A stretch of 64,000 nt of DNA, taken from assembly GCA_964462215.1 (NCBI GenBank), contig CAYWVZ010000002.1, forward strand, positions 2,880 through 66,879. Reading direction: 5' to 3'. The notes beneath the pieces are model-generated. The model was given only the letters and a program-made list of their open reading frames with translations. It was not told the DNA's origin and did not search any database. This stretch comes from an uncultured Candidatus Saccharibacteria bacterium. Its GTDB lineage: Bacteria; Patescibacteriota; Saccharimonadia; Saccharimonadales; JAUPVS01. A program made the translations under genes and the position numbers. Below, in pieces: positions 47,762 through 57,587 of this stretch (positions are counted from its first letter, which is position 1; each line of letters starts with the position of its first letter).

Positions 47762-49468
47762 TTATTTTTTGAGCAACAGTTTTTGCTTGCGGGCAATCAG
47801 GTAGATGCCGCCAGCCAGTACGCTGGTGGTAGCAAAGGTCAGGATAGGGTTGTTTTTGAACAATCCGACACCGGTATCAGGAGCAGCCGGAACGCTGATG
47901 ACTGTTAGTACAACGTCATTACCGTCACCGCCGGCGTAGTTGATCCGGAAGACCACACCGTCAATACTGAATGTAGCACCCTCCGGCAGGTCTTTGAATG
48001 TGCCGTCTACTGGGTCGGAGCCATCATTATCGATGATGATGAACTGTTCGCCGCCCTTTGGTCGGAAGCCGTCCCAGAAAGAGGTATTGAGTGTGCCGTT
48101 GCCTAGTGTCACCGTGCCGATGACTTTAATCTGATCATATTGGCCGGGCTCGGCGCCGCCGATTTCAAAGTCGTATGTACCGCCCTCTTCAAAGAGCAGG
48201 TTCCCGACCGTTAAGATACCGGGGCTTTCGCCGGGAGCGATAACGCCACCCGACACAACCTTTACTGGGTTGTTAATTGTGCCTATGCCCGAAAGAATAC
48301 CGGCTACTGTTAGCTGACTGGGGTTTGTTCCCTCGCAAGTGACATTAACAATATATCGGTTATTACGATCTATATAGGCTGAGAGCCCGACGAAGCTGGA
48401 GCAATAGCTGCTTTTATTACTATCGTCAATCACGCGTGTTCTGAGCGGACTCGTGACAACCGCCCCTCCCGGCAACGTCACCGAACCAGAAGCTGATAGA
48501 CCTGACAACACGGTAATGTGTTCACCACCGGAAACGTTGCCGCCAAACACCAGGTTCGCCCAATAATAATTCGCTTCTACGGTTTGAGTTATGTTCATAG
48601 TTCCGCTGAAAGTAGCGGTGGTGGGACTCGTCTTCTCAGGACAACCAACCGCATCATGCTGGAAAGCGCTAATAGTCCCGCCATTTACGGTAATCTGACC
48701 ATCAAAGTCAAGATTCTCACCATAATTAGTTATGAGTGAGAGATATCCTCCGCTCTGAAGCGTAATGCTACTGGCGTGACGGGCAGCATCAGTACTATTT
48801 GGGGATATTGTAAGGTAGCCATAATTAATAATTACTATTGCTCCACTGAAGCTCGAGCTATCCCCCCGAAAGGGGTAAGGTAGTATCGAACCACCATTAC
48901 ATCCACCACCAGCACCCCCAACTTGTATGCCACCTATAGTTACCTGGCCAGAGCCCGAGACTCCGCCGTCAAAGTACGTGTTCCCAAGCGTAACGTTATA
49001 GGCAGCAATAGTTAAGGAGGATAGTGAGTGTACTCTCTGAAAATCCATACTACCGGCCAGCGTAATTGGTGCATCTATTGTTAGAAGTACTACTTCTGAC
49101 GTTATGTCGCCTGAGGTTTTGATGGCATTACCGCCGATTGTAGTGCTGCCATAGCATCCAGCGGGCCGTGTTCCGGTAACTGAGATTCCAGCGAGAGTCA
49201 CGCTGGCAAAGTTTAGATCGTTATTTAAAGTAATGTCCGTCAAGCCAGAACAGCCACTGGCGAGTACAGGCACAGGAAGCACAATGCTGTCACCGTTCCC
49301 CGGAGCAACATCGCCTGCCCAGTTTTCGGCAGTTGCGAGGTTATTATTCCCACCACCACCGGTCCAGGTCCTCTCTTCGGCAAGGGCCGTGCCAGAGGTA
49401 ATACCCAATACTACAACCAGGCTTGCAACAAAGGCAAAACCGGCAACTAACAACTTTAGTCGTTTCAT
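47762..49468 (-). CDS. Large secreted surface protein with beta-helix-like Gly/Thr/Asn-rich repeats. It has an N-terminal signal peptide and a C-terminal tripartite sorting signal (APDTG, hydrophobic segment, RKQKLLLKK).
   Basis: MKRLKLLVAGFAFVASLVVVLGITSGTALA signal peptide. C-terminus ...VPAAPDTGVGLFKNNPILTFATTSVLAGGIYLIARKQKLLLKK. Confidence 0.7.
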   Translation of the reverse strand: MKRLKLLVAGFAFVASLVVVLGITSGTALAEERTWTGGGGNNNLATAENWAGDVAPGNGDSIVLPVPVLASGCSGLTDITLNNDLNFASVTLAGISVTGTRPAGCYGSTTIGGNAIKTSGDITSEVVLLTIDAPITLAGSMDFQRVHSLSSLTIAAYNVTLGNTYFDGGVSGSGQVTIGGIQVGGAGGGCNGGSILPYPFRGDSSSFSGAIVIINYGYLTISPNSTDAARHASSITLQSGGYLSLITNYGENLDFDGQITVNGGTISAFQHDAVGCPEKTSPTTATFSGTMNITQTVEANYYWANLVFGGNVSGGEHITVLSGLSASGSVTLPGGAVVTSPLRTRVIDDSNKSSYCSSFVGLSAYIDRNNRYIVNVTCEGTNPSQLTVAGILSGIGTINNPVKVVSGGVIAPGESPGILTVGNLLFEEGGTYDFEIGGAEPGQYDQIKVIGTVTLGNGTLNTSFWDGFRPKGGEQFIIIDNDGSDPVDGTFKDLPEGATFSIDGVVFRINYAGGDGNDVVLTVISVPAAPDTGVGLFKNNPILTFATTSVLAGGIYLIARKQKLLLKK

Positions 49469-49636
49469 TTTTTGTCCCTCTTTTTGTTGTTTAAAGTACG
49501 CTAACTTGAGCTTATGCTTAATCTGTTAATTTGTCAAGTAGTTTGTTGTATATTGTTGACTTCATCACAACACTATATGTAGGCGGTGGCGCATCGTAAT
49601 TCGCTCACCTTAACCAGAAAAGCGTACACTATAGTA

Positions 49637-50266
49637 ATGCCTCATAAGAATCTATCCCACACCGACCTTAGTATTGTTTCTTCGATTTTGAACAAGTTCC
49701 AAAAGAACTACCGGCGCCACGACATCAACACTCTAACAATAGAGCAATTGCGGTCATTTTTAAGCAATGAGGAATGGGCCTTTCTGAAGAAAACTACCCG
49801 CTTGGACACAACGGCGCCCAATGATTTAAACGAGCAAGAGCTTATCGCCCCCTATCGTTTTTCGCTATACGGACGACGCTTTGTACGTGTATATCCACCG
49901 ATCTGGGACGCGTTTTGTGCTTTGGAGCGACAGGTTGAAGACGCAACTGGTCAAAAACTATATATCATATCTGGGTATCGCTCGTCTGCATATCAGGCGA
50001 TTATTAAGCTACGGGGTGTATATCAAGAGAATCAACCGCCGCTGGTTGAGCTACCGAACAAATCCGAACACGGCCGTTTGCCGTGGCATGCCATCGATAT
50101 AAGCGAGCAAAGAAATCGGTTCCGATTGTCCAAGAACGTGGCCCGTGTTGTGGCTCGTCAAGCACCAAAAATCGGTTTTACCGTTAGTTACCCCGAAGGC
50201 AACGGGACAGGTATTCAACCCGAGCCATGGCACCTTAGGTATAAAAATAGGAGCGGCACCACATAG
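49637..50266 (+). CDS. Peptidase M15 (VanY / D-Ala-D-Ala carboxypeptidase-like) family protein.
   Basis: YIISGYRSSAYQ, SEHGRLPWHAIDI (H-x-D and S-x-H-x-x-G-x-A-x-D type zinc motifs). Confidence 0.7.
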   Translation: MPHKNLSHTDLSIVSSILNKFQKNYRRHDINTLTIEQLRSFLSNEEWAFLKKTTRLDTTAPNDLNEQELIAPYRFSLYGRRFVRVYPPIWDAFCALERQVEDATGQKLYIISGYRSSAYQAIIKLRGVYQENQPPLVELPNKSEHGRLPWHAIDISEQRNRFRLSKNVARVVARQAPKIGFTVSYPEGNGTGIQPEPWHLRYKNRSGTT

Positions 50267-50378
50267 ATGCCCCTCCTACGCTTAAAACTACTTTAGCTAT
50301 TTAGCGACGGCGTCTTTTTGCTGGTTGGTAGTAGCCCATTTTGAACCTTTTCTTTTATCTGATAATATCCTTATAATA

Positions 50379-50726
50379 ATGAATAAATCCGATATGTCAA
50401 AGCTCCACCGGTTCTTTAATTTTTGTTTGTACTGGTTCCATATACTGTTTATGACCGCGTTTTTCTTTAGCGGATTTTTTCTGCCGCTTTCGTGGGTGGT
50501 CCTCATTTACGTGCTGCTAGAACTGCAACTAATTATTTTCGACGGCTGCTCGCTTACCAAATTGCAGCAAAAGGTTAACAGCCTGGCAACTGATCAAGAC
50601 TTTATCCCCGTCCTAATGAAACGCTTTTTTAGAGTAAAAATAACCGACAAACAACATGAGCTCATTAGTTATGTAATTATGGCTTTCCCGGTATTTGTTG
50701 GCATTATTCGGGCGTGGATCGATTGA
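50379..50726 (+). CDS. Hypothetical membrane protein.
   Basis: Hydrophobic ORF. Start ambiguous (50325 or 50379). Confidence 0.35.
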   Translation: MNKSDMSKLHRFFNFCLYWFHILFMTAFFFSGFFLPLSWVVLIYVLLELQLIIFDGCSLTKLQQKVNSLATDQDFIPVLMKRFFRVKITDKQHELISYVIMAFPVFVGIIRAWID

Positions 50727-51633
50727 GGGTCTGCCAGGCCTTGAGCGTGTAATAGGTGTCAACGATAAGTTCGCGGTAAAAGTCTCCGTCATTGTAGTCG
50801 AATGCCACGGCCCGCACCAGCATGTATTCGGTAGGCTCTTTGGCTTTATGAACAGTGTATGACCCTAGTATTACATCTTGGGCGAGCAGTACGCTTTTAA
50901 TGTCGCTTAGCTGGTTTTTGCTTGTTACCTGCATAATGCCGGTGGTATTAACGAAGCCAAAACGAAAGAAAAGTCGCTCAAAAAAGCGGAACACCAGAGG
51001 GCGATTCAAGTCTTCGGTAATAAGAATAGCAAAGAAAAGATCTTGCAGCTGCGCGTCCTTTTTGAAGGTCTTATTTAGGTGCGAGGTGTACCGCTCTTGG
51101 TATTTTTGGTAAAGCCTTACGACATGTTTTCGCTGGGCCTCGAAATCATAAAACCGAAACGGTGCAAATTCGCGCATGTAATAGAGTAGTAGAAGCACCC
51201 CGCATGTCCAGAGCACGGCACTCAAAGTTTCTTGGGAGGGTATGAGCGCTGGACCAATATACATAACGAGCCGCACCATGGCCACGCTTAGTCCAATCGA
51301 AACCGCACTGCTTACCAGCCAAGCCGGCCGATAAACATACAGTAAACGACTGGACAAAGTGACGGCCAAAACCTGAAAAACAAACAGGAAGACAGCTATA
51401 AGCCACAGATCGGGTATGAGCCAGCCCTTGTCAAAAATTGTTGCTACCACAGCAGTAATAAATATGAAGAGCGGCGCTACGAAAGTGTTAAAGAAATAAT
51501 TGAAACGTAGTTGCCAGCTTGCGACTAAACTTTCGACCGAAATAATCCCGCTAGAGAAATAGCCGTAAACAGTAATCAATCCCAGTAGCAGCCCCGTCAA
51601 GAGTACTGTCAGTGCAATATGCCATAAATCCAT
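50704..51633 (-). CDS. Hypothetical polytopic membrane protein (309 aa).
   Basis: At least 6 TM segments. No motif recognised. Confidence 0.4.
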   Translation of the reverse strand: MDLWHIALTVLLTGLLLGLITVYGYFSSGIISVESLVASWQLRFNYFFNTFVAPLFIFITAVVATIFDKGWLIPDLWLIAVFLFVFQVLAVTLSSRLLYVYRPAWLVSSAVSIGLSVAMVRLVMYIGPALIPSQETLSAVLWTCGVLLLLYYMREFAPFRFYDFEAQRKHVVRLYQKYQERYTSHLNKTFKKDAQLQDLFFAILITEDLNRPLVFRFFERLFFRFGFVNTTGIMQVTSKNQLSDIKSVLLAQDVILGSYTVHKAKEPTEYMLVRAVAFDYNDGDFYRELIVDTYYTLKAWQTLNRSTPE

Positions 51634-51675
51634 TTCTATAAGTTATACCACAAGTGCGCAAGAAAGCAGCTGCAG

Positions 51676-52881
51676 CTATTCGTAGCGTAGAGCATCAATC
51701 GGTTTTTTACGAGCCGCTTTAAGAGCCGGCGCGATACCGAAGACTAACCCAACGACTATGGTCACGCCAATCGCAACCAGAAAGGCTTGAAGCGTGAAGC
51801 GTGGCTGGATGTCCGCGTAATTCGTTACCCCGAAACTCAATAGATAGGCGGCAACAATACCCAGAATTCCGCCAAACATAGTCAATACTAGAGCCTCGCT
51901 CAAAAATTGTCCCAGAATAGTTCGGCTACTCGCACCGATTGATTTGCGTATGCCTATCTCTCGCGTTCGCTCCGTTACTGTTGTAAGCATAATATTCATA
52001 ATCCCAATGCCCCCTACCAGCAACGAAACAGCCGCTATAGCCACAATAAAGTTGGTTATGATCGAGAGAATCTGGCTAAAGCTTTCGGCCACATCCTCGG
52101 AAGTGAAAACACTAAAATCTTCTTTATTATTATGATTTTCCTTAATGGCGTTGGTGATAGCAATCTTAGCTTGAGATAATTGTTGGCTATCGGTGACTCG
52201 CGTGCTGATTTCGTCTACGATCATAGTGTTATTGTTGTAGGATTTGCCCTCCGCCCAGGGAATATAAATGGCCGTATCAAGCTGTGCCCCCGGACCGATG
52301 CTTGTTCCCTGGCTCAATTTTTCAAAGACGCCAACAACTTTAAATTTCTGCTCAACTGTTCTGGTGTTACCTATTTCATCGACAGTTTTCTGGCTAAGCG
52401 TGATTTCTTTATCGATAGGATTCTGATCTTTAAAAAGACCGTTCGCCACATCGGCGCCAATGACGGCCACCTTCGCTTCTTCATCACTGAAGTAGCGGCC
52501 AGCACTAAGCTTTTGCGTAATAATCTGACTAATGTCGGGTTTTGAAGCGTTAACAATCGCACTGCTGAATTCCTGCCCGTCGAAACTAGGAGTTGCTCGC
52601 ACATACATGACTGGCGCCACAGCCTTGGCATAACCTGTCTTCCTAATGGCTTCTATGTCAGATTCTCGCAAGGGTTCACCTTGCGGCAAGGAAGCGATAG
52701 TTACTAAGTCTACACCAAGGGCATCGACTTCATTTTTAACTTGATAGCGAAGTCCATTGCCTATGGCGATGACCGTTACTACCGAGCCGATACCGATGAT
52801 GATACCTAGCATAGTCAGGGCGGACCGTAATTTATTACGTTTAATACTGATGAGCGCCATTTTGATATTTTGCCAAATCAT
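51676..52881 (-). CDS. ABC transporter permease, MacB/FtsX type.
   Basis: N-terminal TM, large periplasmic domain, and C-terminal FtsX 3-TM domain. Confidence 0.8.
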   Translation of the reverse strand: MIWQNIKMALISIKRNKLRSALTMLGIIIGIGSVVTVIAIGNGLRYQVKNEVDALGVDLVTIASLPQGEPLRESDIEAIRKTGYAKAVAPVMYVRATPSFDGQEFSSAIVNASKPDISQIITQKLSAGRYFSDEEAKVAVIGADVANGLFKDQNPIDKEITLSQKTVDEIGNTRTVEQKFKVVGVFEKLSQGTSIGPGAQLDTAIYIPWAEGKSYNNNTMIVDEISTRVTDSQQLSQAKIAITNAIKENHNNKEDFSVFTSEDVAESFSQILSIITNFIVAIAAVSLLVGGIGIMNIMLTTVTERTREIGIRKSIGASSRTILGQFLSEALVLTMFGGILGIVAAYLLSFGVTNYADIQPRFTLQAFLVAIGVTIVVGLVFGIAPALKAARKKPIDALRYE

Positions 52882-53567
52882 CGTAGTCCCCCGGCTTGCT
52901 GGCCAACAATAATACCGTCCTGGACTGTGATAATCCTATTGGTCTGCAATGCCAGATTAAGATCGTGGGTAACCATGATGATAGTCACCCCCTGGGCATG
53001 CAGATACTGGAGGGTCTGCATGATAGCTTGACCAGTTTGAGTATCAAGATTACCAGTTGGTTCGTCGGCTAGTAGTAGCCGTGGATTATTGGCAAGGGCA
53101 CGGGCAATAGCTACCCTCTGCATTTGTCCGCCCGAAAGTTCATTTGGCTTATTTTTTAGTTTATCGCCCAGACCAACCATTTGTAGCAAGGCTTCGGCAC
53201 GCGGTCTGCGAGCCGATTTTCTGGAATGTGCATATATCATTGGTAGCTCAACATTCTCCAAAGCACTTAAGCCACCAATCAGGTTGAAGTTCTGGAATAT
53301 GAATCCCATATGCATTAGCCGGAGTTCAGCGAGGTGAGAATCGTGGGTATAATTAACCGGAGCGTCTTCCAACGCATAAGTCCCAGCCGAAGGTTCGTCA
53401 AGTAAACCAATGATGTTCATGAGCGTTGTCTTACCCGAACCGCTTGGACCGGTTATAGCAATAAATTCGCCCGGCTCAACAGCCAATGAAATCCCCTTTA
53501 GGACAGGAGTTTCCGCTGCACCTTCCCCTAGCGTCTTATAGACCCCATTTACTGCTATAATACTCAT
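52878..53567 (-). CDS. ABC transporter ATP-binding protein (MacB/LolD-like).
   Basis: GPSGSGKTTL, LSGGQMQRVAIARAL, LLADEPTGNLD. Confidence 0.9.
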   Translation of the reverse strand: MSIIAVNGVYKTLGEGAAETPVLKGISLAVEPGEFIAITGPSGSGKTTLMNIIGLLDEPSAGTYALEDAPVNYTHDSHLAELRLMHMGFIFQNFNLIGGLSALENVELPMIYAHSRKSARRPRAEALLQMVGLGDKLKNKPNELSGGQMQRVAIARALANNPRLLLADEPTGNLDTQTGQAIMQTLQYLHAQGVTIIMVTHDLNLALQTNRIITVQDGIIVGQQAGGLR

Positions 53568-53609
53568 GCTTATTACTTAGCATACAGAGATGCTGCTATA
53601 AAAACCAGG

Positions 53610-55376
53610 TTATGAAGGTGTTTTTTGGGGAACGTGTAGGTTTTGTCGATATTTCTCAAGTCCACCAAAATCACTAATAGGGCAGACGGCCTTGTCTTGA
53701 ACAACATAAATATTGGGAATTTTTTCCAGGAGACTTAGTTCGTGCGTAATAAGTAGAACTGTTTTACCTTTTAAATATTGCAAAAGGTTGTTTTCCAGAA
53801 TTTCGGCGGCCTTTTTGTCTAGGGCGGAGGTTGGCTCATCGAGTAATATAATCGGCGCTCGTTTGTAGACTGCCCGTGCCATAGCTAAACGCTGTTTTTG
53901 CCCACCACTTAACTTGTTATTATCAACTAACTGCTCGTACTTCTCGGTTTCCGCCTCAACTACACCTGCCACATTGCCAATATACGCGGCTCCCATAACA
54001 TCGGGTAAGTTGTTGGGGGTATTGGGACTGGCCAGGGCAATGTTATCCTTGAAACTTAAATTAAAGATATCGGGCTCCTGCTCCACGAGCGCTATATGCT
54101 CACGCAGAAAAGCTAGGTCATATTCAACTATGTCGTGGCCATCGATCTTAACCCAGCCCTTGTCCGGAGTGGCAAACCGTAGCAGTAAATTAAATAGCGT
54201 TGACTTACCGGCACCGCTCGGGCCTACGAACGCCGTAATACTGCCAGCCGGTAATGTCAGGTTGATATCTTCGAGCACCGGCTTATCGCCGACTCGATAG
54301 GTAACATTTTGAAAAGCAACATCACCGCGTATAGAAACGTCTTTGAGAGTGCCAGAACTAAGATGCAGCAAACCGGCATTTTGCAAACTACCATGAACTT
54401 GCCGGAGACCTGCCGAGCTTTCTTTCATGGAACCGATACTAGCCACCATTCCTACCAACGGATCAAATAAAATATTCATGTAAGCAATGAACAGTAATAG
54501 ATCACCGAAGGTAATGGCGCCGGCGAGGGCACGATTACCACCTACGATTAAGGCAATGGCGCTGGAAAGTAAAATGATTGTTTCATTGCTTAGGCTAAAA
54601 ACTCCCGCGCTTAGTAGCTGTGAATTGGCTTTCTTATTACGAAACCTAACTGCCTTATTTAAAATATCCAAGCGTATATTCTCTTTGGCAAAGGCTTGGA
54701 TGGTACGCAATTTACCTAACGTTTCATTAACGATATTATAGATTTCGGAATGAGCCAGTTCGGTTTCATTAGCTTTCTTTAACAAGATGCGGCCGAATAT
54801 TACTACACTACCCATGAGCAGTGGTATGGTTGCAAAAGTGATAAGTGTAACCCATAAATCAATCGTTGATAAGATTACCAGGATCCCGCCAATCATTAAA
54901 ACCGACTGGATTATTGTAATTAGATCGGTAAGAAAATAGGTTGATATCTGTTGGCTCTGATTGGTTATTTGGTAGAGATAAGCCCCATTATCTTTACGAT
55001 CTGGGTGATTGTAGGGGATCGAGCTAATTGCACTGAATGCCTCATCCATACTTCTTCTATCGACTACCTGGTGCATGCGACGAATGATCAGGCTCTGGAA
55101 TAGTGTAAAAACCCCCTTAACAAACCCTATCGCGAAAAACGCTACAACCGCCGCCAGTAATAATGAGTGTTTATTGTCAGCATTTAGCCCAAGGAAATTA
55201 GGGACTGGACTCGAGCCGAATACACTATCCGCTAAAAACTTTATTGGAAGTGGATTAGCCAGTGCAAGCAAAATAGCAACAGTGCTTAGTATAAAAGCCG
55301 CCAGAATTAGATACCAGTAACGATGCCCATAGCTGTGGAGCCATTTTTTGTATGCGGATTGGTCTTGATATTCCAT
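53610..55376 (-). CDS. ABC exporter, fused permease and ATPase (type I exporter, MsbA/bacteriocin-exporter-like).
   Basis: 6 TM followed by GPSGAGKSTL, LSGGQKQRLAMARAV, LLDEPTSALD. Confidence 0.85.
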   Translation of the reverse strand: MEYQDQSAYKKWLHSYGHRYWYLILAAFILSTVAILLALANPLPIKFLADSVFGSSPVPNFLGLNADNKHSLLLAAVVAFFAIGFVKGVFTLFQSLIIRRMHQVVDRRSMDEAFSAISSIPYNHPDRKDNGAYLYQITNQSQQISTYFLTDLITIIQSVLMIGGILVILSTIDLWVTLITFATIPLLMGSVVIFGRILLKKANETELAHSEIYNIVNETLGKLRTIQAFAKENIRLDILNKAVRFRNKKANSQLLSAGVFSLSNETIILLSSAIALIVGGNRALAGAITFGDLLLFIAYMNILFDPLVGMVASIGSMKESSAGLRQVHGSLQNAGLLHLSSGTLKDVSIRGDVAFQNVTYRVGDKPVLEDINLTLPAGSITAFVGPSGAGKSTLFNLLLRFATPDKGWVKIDGHDIVEYDLAFLREHIALVEQEPDIFNLSFKDNIALASPNTPNNLPDVMGAAYIGNVAGVVEAETEKYEQLVDNNKLSGGQKQRLAMARAVYKRAPIILLDEPTSALDKKAAEILENNLLQYLKGKTVLLITHELSLLEKIPNIYVVQDKAVCPISDFGGLEKYRQNLHVPQKTPS

Positions 55377-55443
55377 GTCCTACCTAAACTCTTGACTGGA
55401 TAGTGCTTATGCTGACTGTACTGCTTTATGCAGTTAGCGTCAA

Positions 55444-55836
55444 TTATTTACGCTGTTTGGTGATATGCACCGGCGCGCCGTATTCGGGTAAGACGGTGGT
55501 GTCATTGTCGCCATTTTGCAATCGAGCCAGGCCGTCCTTGGCCCAGTTTTTGCCGGTTACGCCGACTACCGGGACTTGCAGACCATAGGCCAGAGCATTA
55601 GCGGCGCTGATACCAATCCGTAAGCCAGTAAAACTACCTGGCCCCTGAAACACGATAATCCCTCCTAGAGCTTGCCAGTCGGCTCCGGCCTGCTGCAGCA
55701 ATTCTTCAATCTTATTATGAATAGTCTCGGCCAGTTGCCGGTGCGCCTGCCATGTTTCGTGAGCCACGGGCTGGCCGTTGCGGTACAGGCCCACCTGGGC
55801 TTCGGGTTTATCGGTACGAATGGTTAAGACCAGCAT
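55444..55836 (-). CDS. tsaB: TsaB (YeaZ) threonylcarbamoyl-adenosine biosynthesis subunit, short form (130 aa).
   Basis: MLVLTIRTD...GIIVFQGPGSFTGLRIGISAANALAY. Confidence 0.7.
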   Translation of the reverse strand: MLVLTIRTDKPEAQVGLYRNGQPVAHETWQAHRQLAETIHNKIEELLQQAGADWQALGGIIVFQGPGSFTGLRIGISAANALAYGLQVPVVGVTGKNWAKDGLARLQNGDNDTTVLPEYGAPVHITKQRK

Positions 55837-56307
55837 TTATTGCTCGGTTCCTTCTACTAAGTAGGCCAAAGAAGTAGGAGCGGCTAATACTAGCAGCCGG
55901 CCAATGTCATCTGTCTTTGTAATGTGTACGCCCAAGCGTTCCGGCGGCAGGATGTCTTGGACGACATCGCCCCATTCTACTACTGTTACGATGCCTGGTT
56001 CGCCCATGGCTTCGCCTAATTCATGCGCCGTTACACCGCCTTCGTGCAAGCGATAGAAGTCAAAATGATGCAGTTCCAGCGGGCCGGCTTTGTAGACCTT
56101 GCTGACGGTAAACGTCGGGCTGGTTACCCGGTCGGCGCTGCCCATGCCGCGGGCCAAACCACGGACGAACGTGGTTTTGCCGCCGCCTAAGTCACTGACC
56201 AGCTCAATAACTTCACCGCCCCTTAGGCGCGAACCGACACGTTCACCTATGGCTTCGGTAGCTTCGGGGCTGTTAGTGGTGAATTGGACTCTCTGTCGGC
56301 GTGACAT
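55837..56307 (-). CDS. tsaE: TsaE (YjeE) ATPase.
   Basis: LVSDLGGGKTTFVRGLARG P-loop. Start trimmed to 56307. Confidence 0.8.
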   Translation of the reverse strand: MSRRQRVQFTTNSPEATEAIGERVGSRLRGGEVIELVSDLGGGKTTFVRGLARGMGSADRVTSPTFTVSKVYKAGPLELHHFDFYRLHEGGVTAHELGEAMGEPGIVTVVEWGDVVQDILPPERLGVHITKTDDIGRLLVLAAPTSLAYLVEGTEQ

Positions 56308-56411
56308 AACCCCCCAATGGTAGCGCGCCGGCTGTGGTAACCGCAAGCTTTAGCGGCGTGACCATTGAGCGAGTGCACGGCAAGCACCAGGTGCGGTATA
56401 CTAAAAAGGTT

Positions 56412-56954
56412 ATGTTACAGCTGAGTAGTGCCCTTGTAAACCGGCCGATTATGAGCCTGCGCACCGGCGGCGAGATCGCCGTTGCTTTGAGTCCGATTAT
56501 CAACCCCAATAACTTGAAGATTGAGGGCTGGTACTGCCAAGACCGCTTCGATAAAAAGGCCAGGCTGGTACTGCTGCCGCAAGACGTGCGCGACATCCTG
56601 CCTCAAGGTATTGTGGTTAACGACCACGACGTACTGTCCGAACCAGCCGAATTAATTCGGCTTAAGCCGGTAATGGATCTGCGGTTTGAACTGATTGGCA
56701 AACCAGTCGTTACCACCGGCAAGAGCCGTTTGGGCAAAGTCAGTGACTATGCCGTTGAGGTTGAAACGCTGTATATTCAAAAGTTCTACGTAGCCCAACC
56801 GCTAATCAAGAGTTTGAGCGGCGGCAGCTTGAGTGTTAGCCGCGACCAAATCGTTGAAATCACCAGCCGCAAGATTGTTATTCAGGAACCACTGCAGCCG
56901 CAACCGGTACAAAACCGGGTTACAGCGCCAGTGCCAGCACCGGCCACACAATAA
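56412..56954 (+). CDS. Tandem PRC-barrel-like protein. Tentative.
   Basis: Two repeats of a small beta-barrel pattern (LVNRPIMSLRTGGEIAV... / LIGKPVVTTGKSRLGKV...). Confidence 0.4.
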   Translation: MLQLSSALVNRPIMSLRTGGEIAVALSPIINPNNLKIEGWYCQDRFDKKARLVLLPQDVRDILPQGIVVNDHDVLSEPAELIRLKPVMDLRFELIGKPVVTTGKSRLGKVSDYAVEVETLYIQKFYVAQPLIKSLSGGSLSVSRDQIVEITSRKIVIQEPLQPQPVQNRVTAPVPAPATQ

Positions 56955-56966
56955 GCATCGTTTTAC

Positions 56967-57587
56967 TTAGCTTTGATCTTGCAATGCGGTTTTAATGTCG
57001 TCGTAGCGGAATCCTTGGCGCAACAGGTAGGCAATGAGTTTTTGATCATCCTGATAGCGCGGCTGAGAACGTTTTTTGGCGGCTAGTTGGCGAATGGTTT
57101 CGGTTTCGCCGGCGCCCTCGTTTTGATTGGCGTTATCTTGCGCCAACACCTGGGTGATTACCTCCTCGTCAACACGTTTTTGCAGGAGTTCCTGGCGCAG
57201 CCGGCGCAGGGAAGTGGGCTTGAGCTGGCGCCGGCTGCGCACCCACGCCTCGGCAAAGGCCGCATCATCCACGTAACCCTTAATACTTAACGTGTTAAGT
57301 ATTGCGTCGATAGTGGGGGAGTCGTACTGTTTGCGGCGCAGGTAATCTTCGACCTCCCACCGGCTGCGCGGCCGCCGAGCCAGATAATCTAGCGCCCGCA
57401 TATAGGCTTTGTCAGCTACAGCCACTCGTTTGAGCTCCTCTAGCTCGGCGGCCGTGTACTCCCGGCCAATCCGTAAACCGCTGCGTAAAAGCTCCGCTTC
57501 GCCCAAACTAAAAACATAAGCCCCGTCAATATACACAGAGTAGCGGCCGGCCCGCTTAACCTGCTGCTTAATATCCGTGACTTTCAT
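56967..57587 (-). CDS. recX: RecX recombination regulator.
   Basis: RecX three-repeat helical pattern (YALRYLARRPRSRWEV..., DDAAFAEAWVRSR). Start MKVTD at 57587 overlaps the yoeB stop (ATGA). Confidence 0.85.
   Translation of the reverse strand: MKVTDIKQQVKRAGRYSVYIDGAYVFSLGEAELLRSGLRIGREYTAAELEELKRVAVADKAYMRALDYLARRPRSRWEVEDYLRRKQYDSPTIDAILNTLSIKGYVDDAAFAEAWVRSRRQLKPTSLRRLRQELLQKRVDEEVITQVLAQDNANQNEGAGETETIRQLAAKKRSQPRYQDDQKLIAYLLRQGFRYDDIKTALQDQS
57285..57300. repeat. 16-bp palindrome ACTTAACGTGTTAAGT (copy D, inside recX).
   Basis: Read directly from the sequence. Confidence 0.9.
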
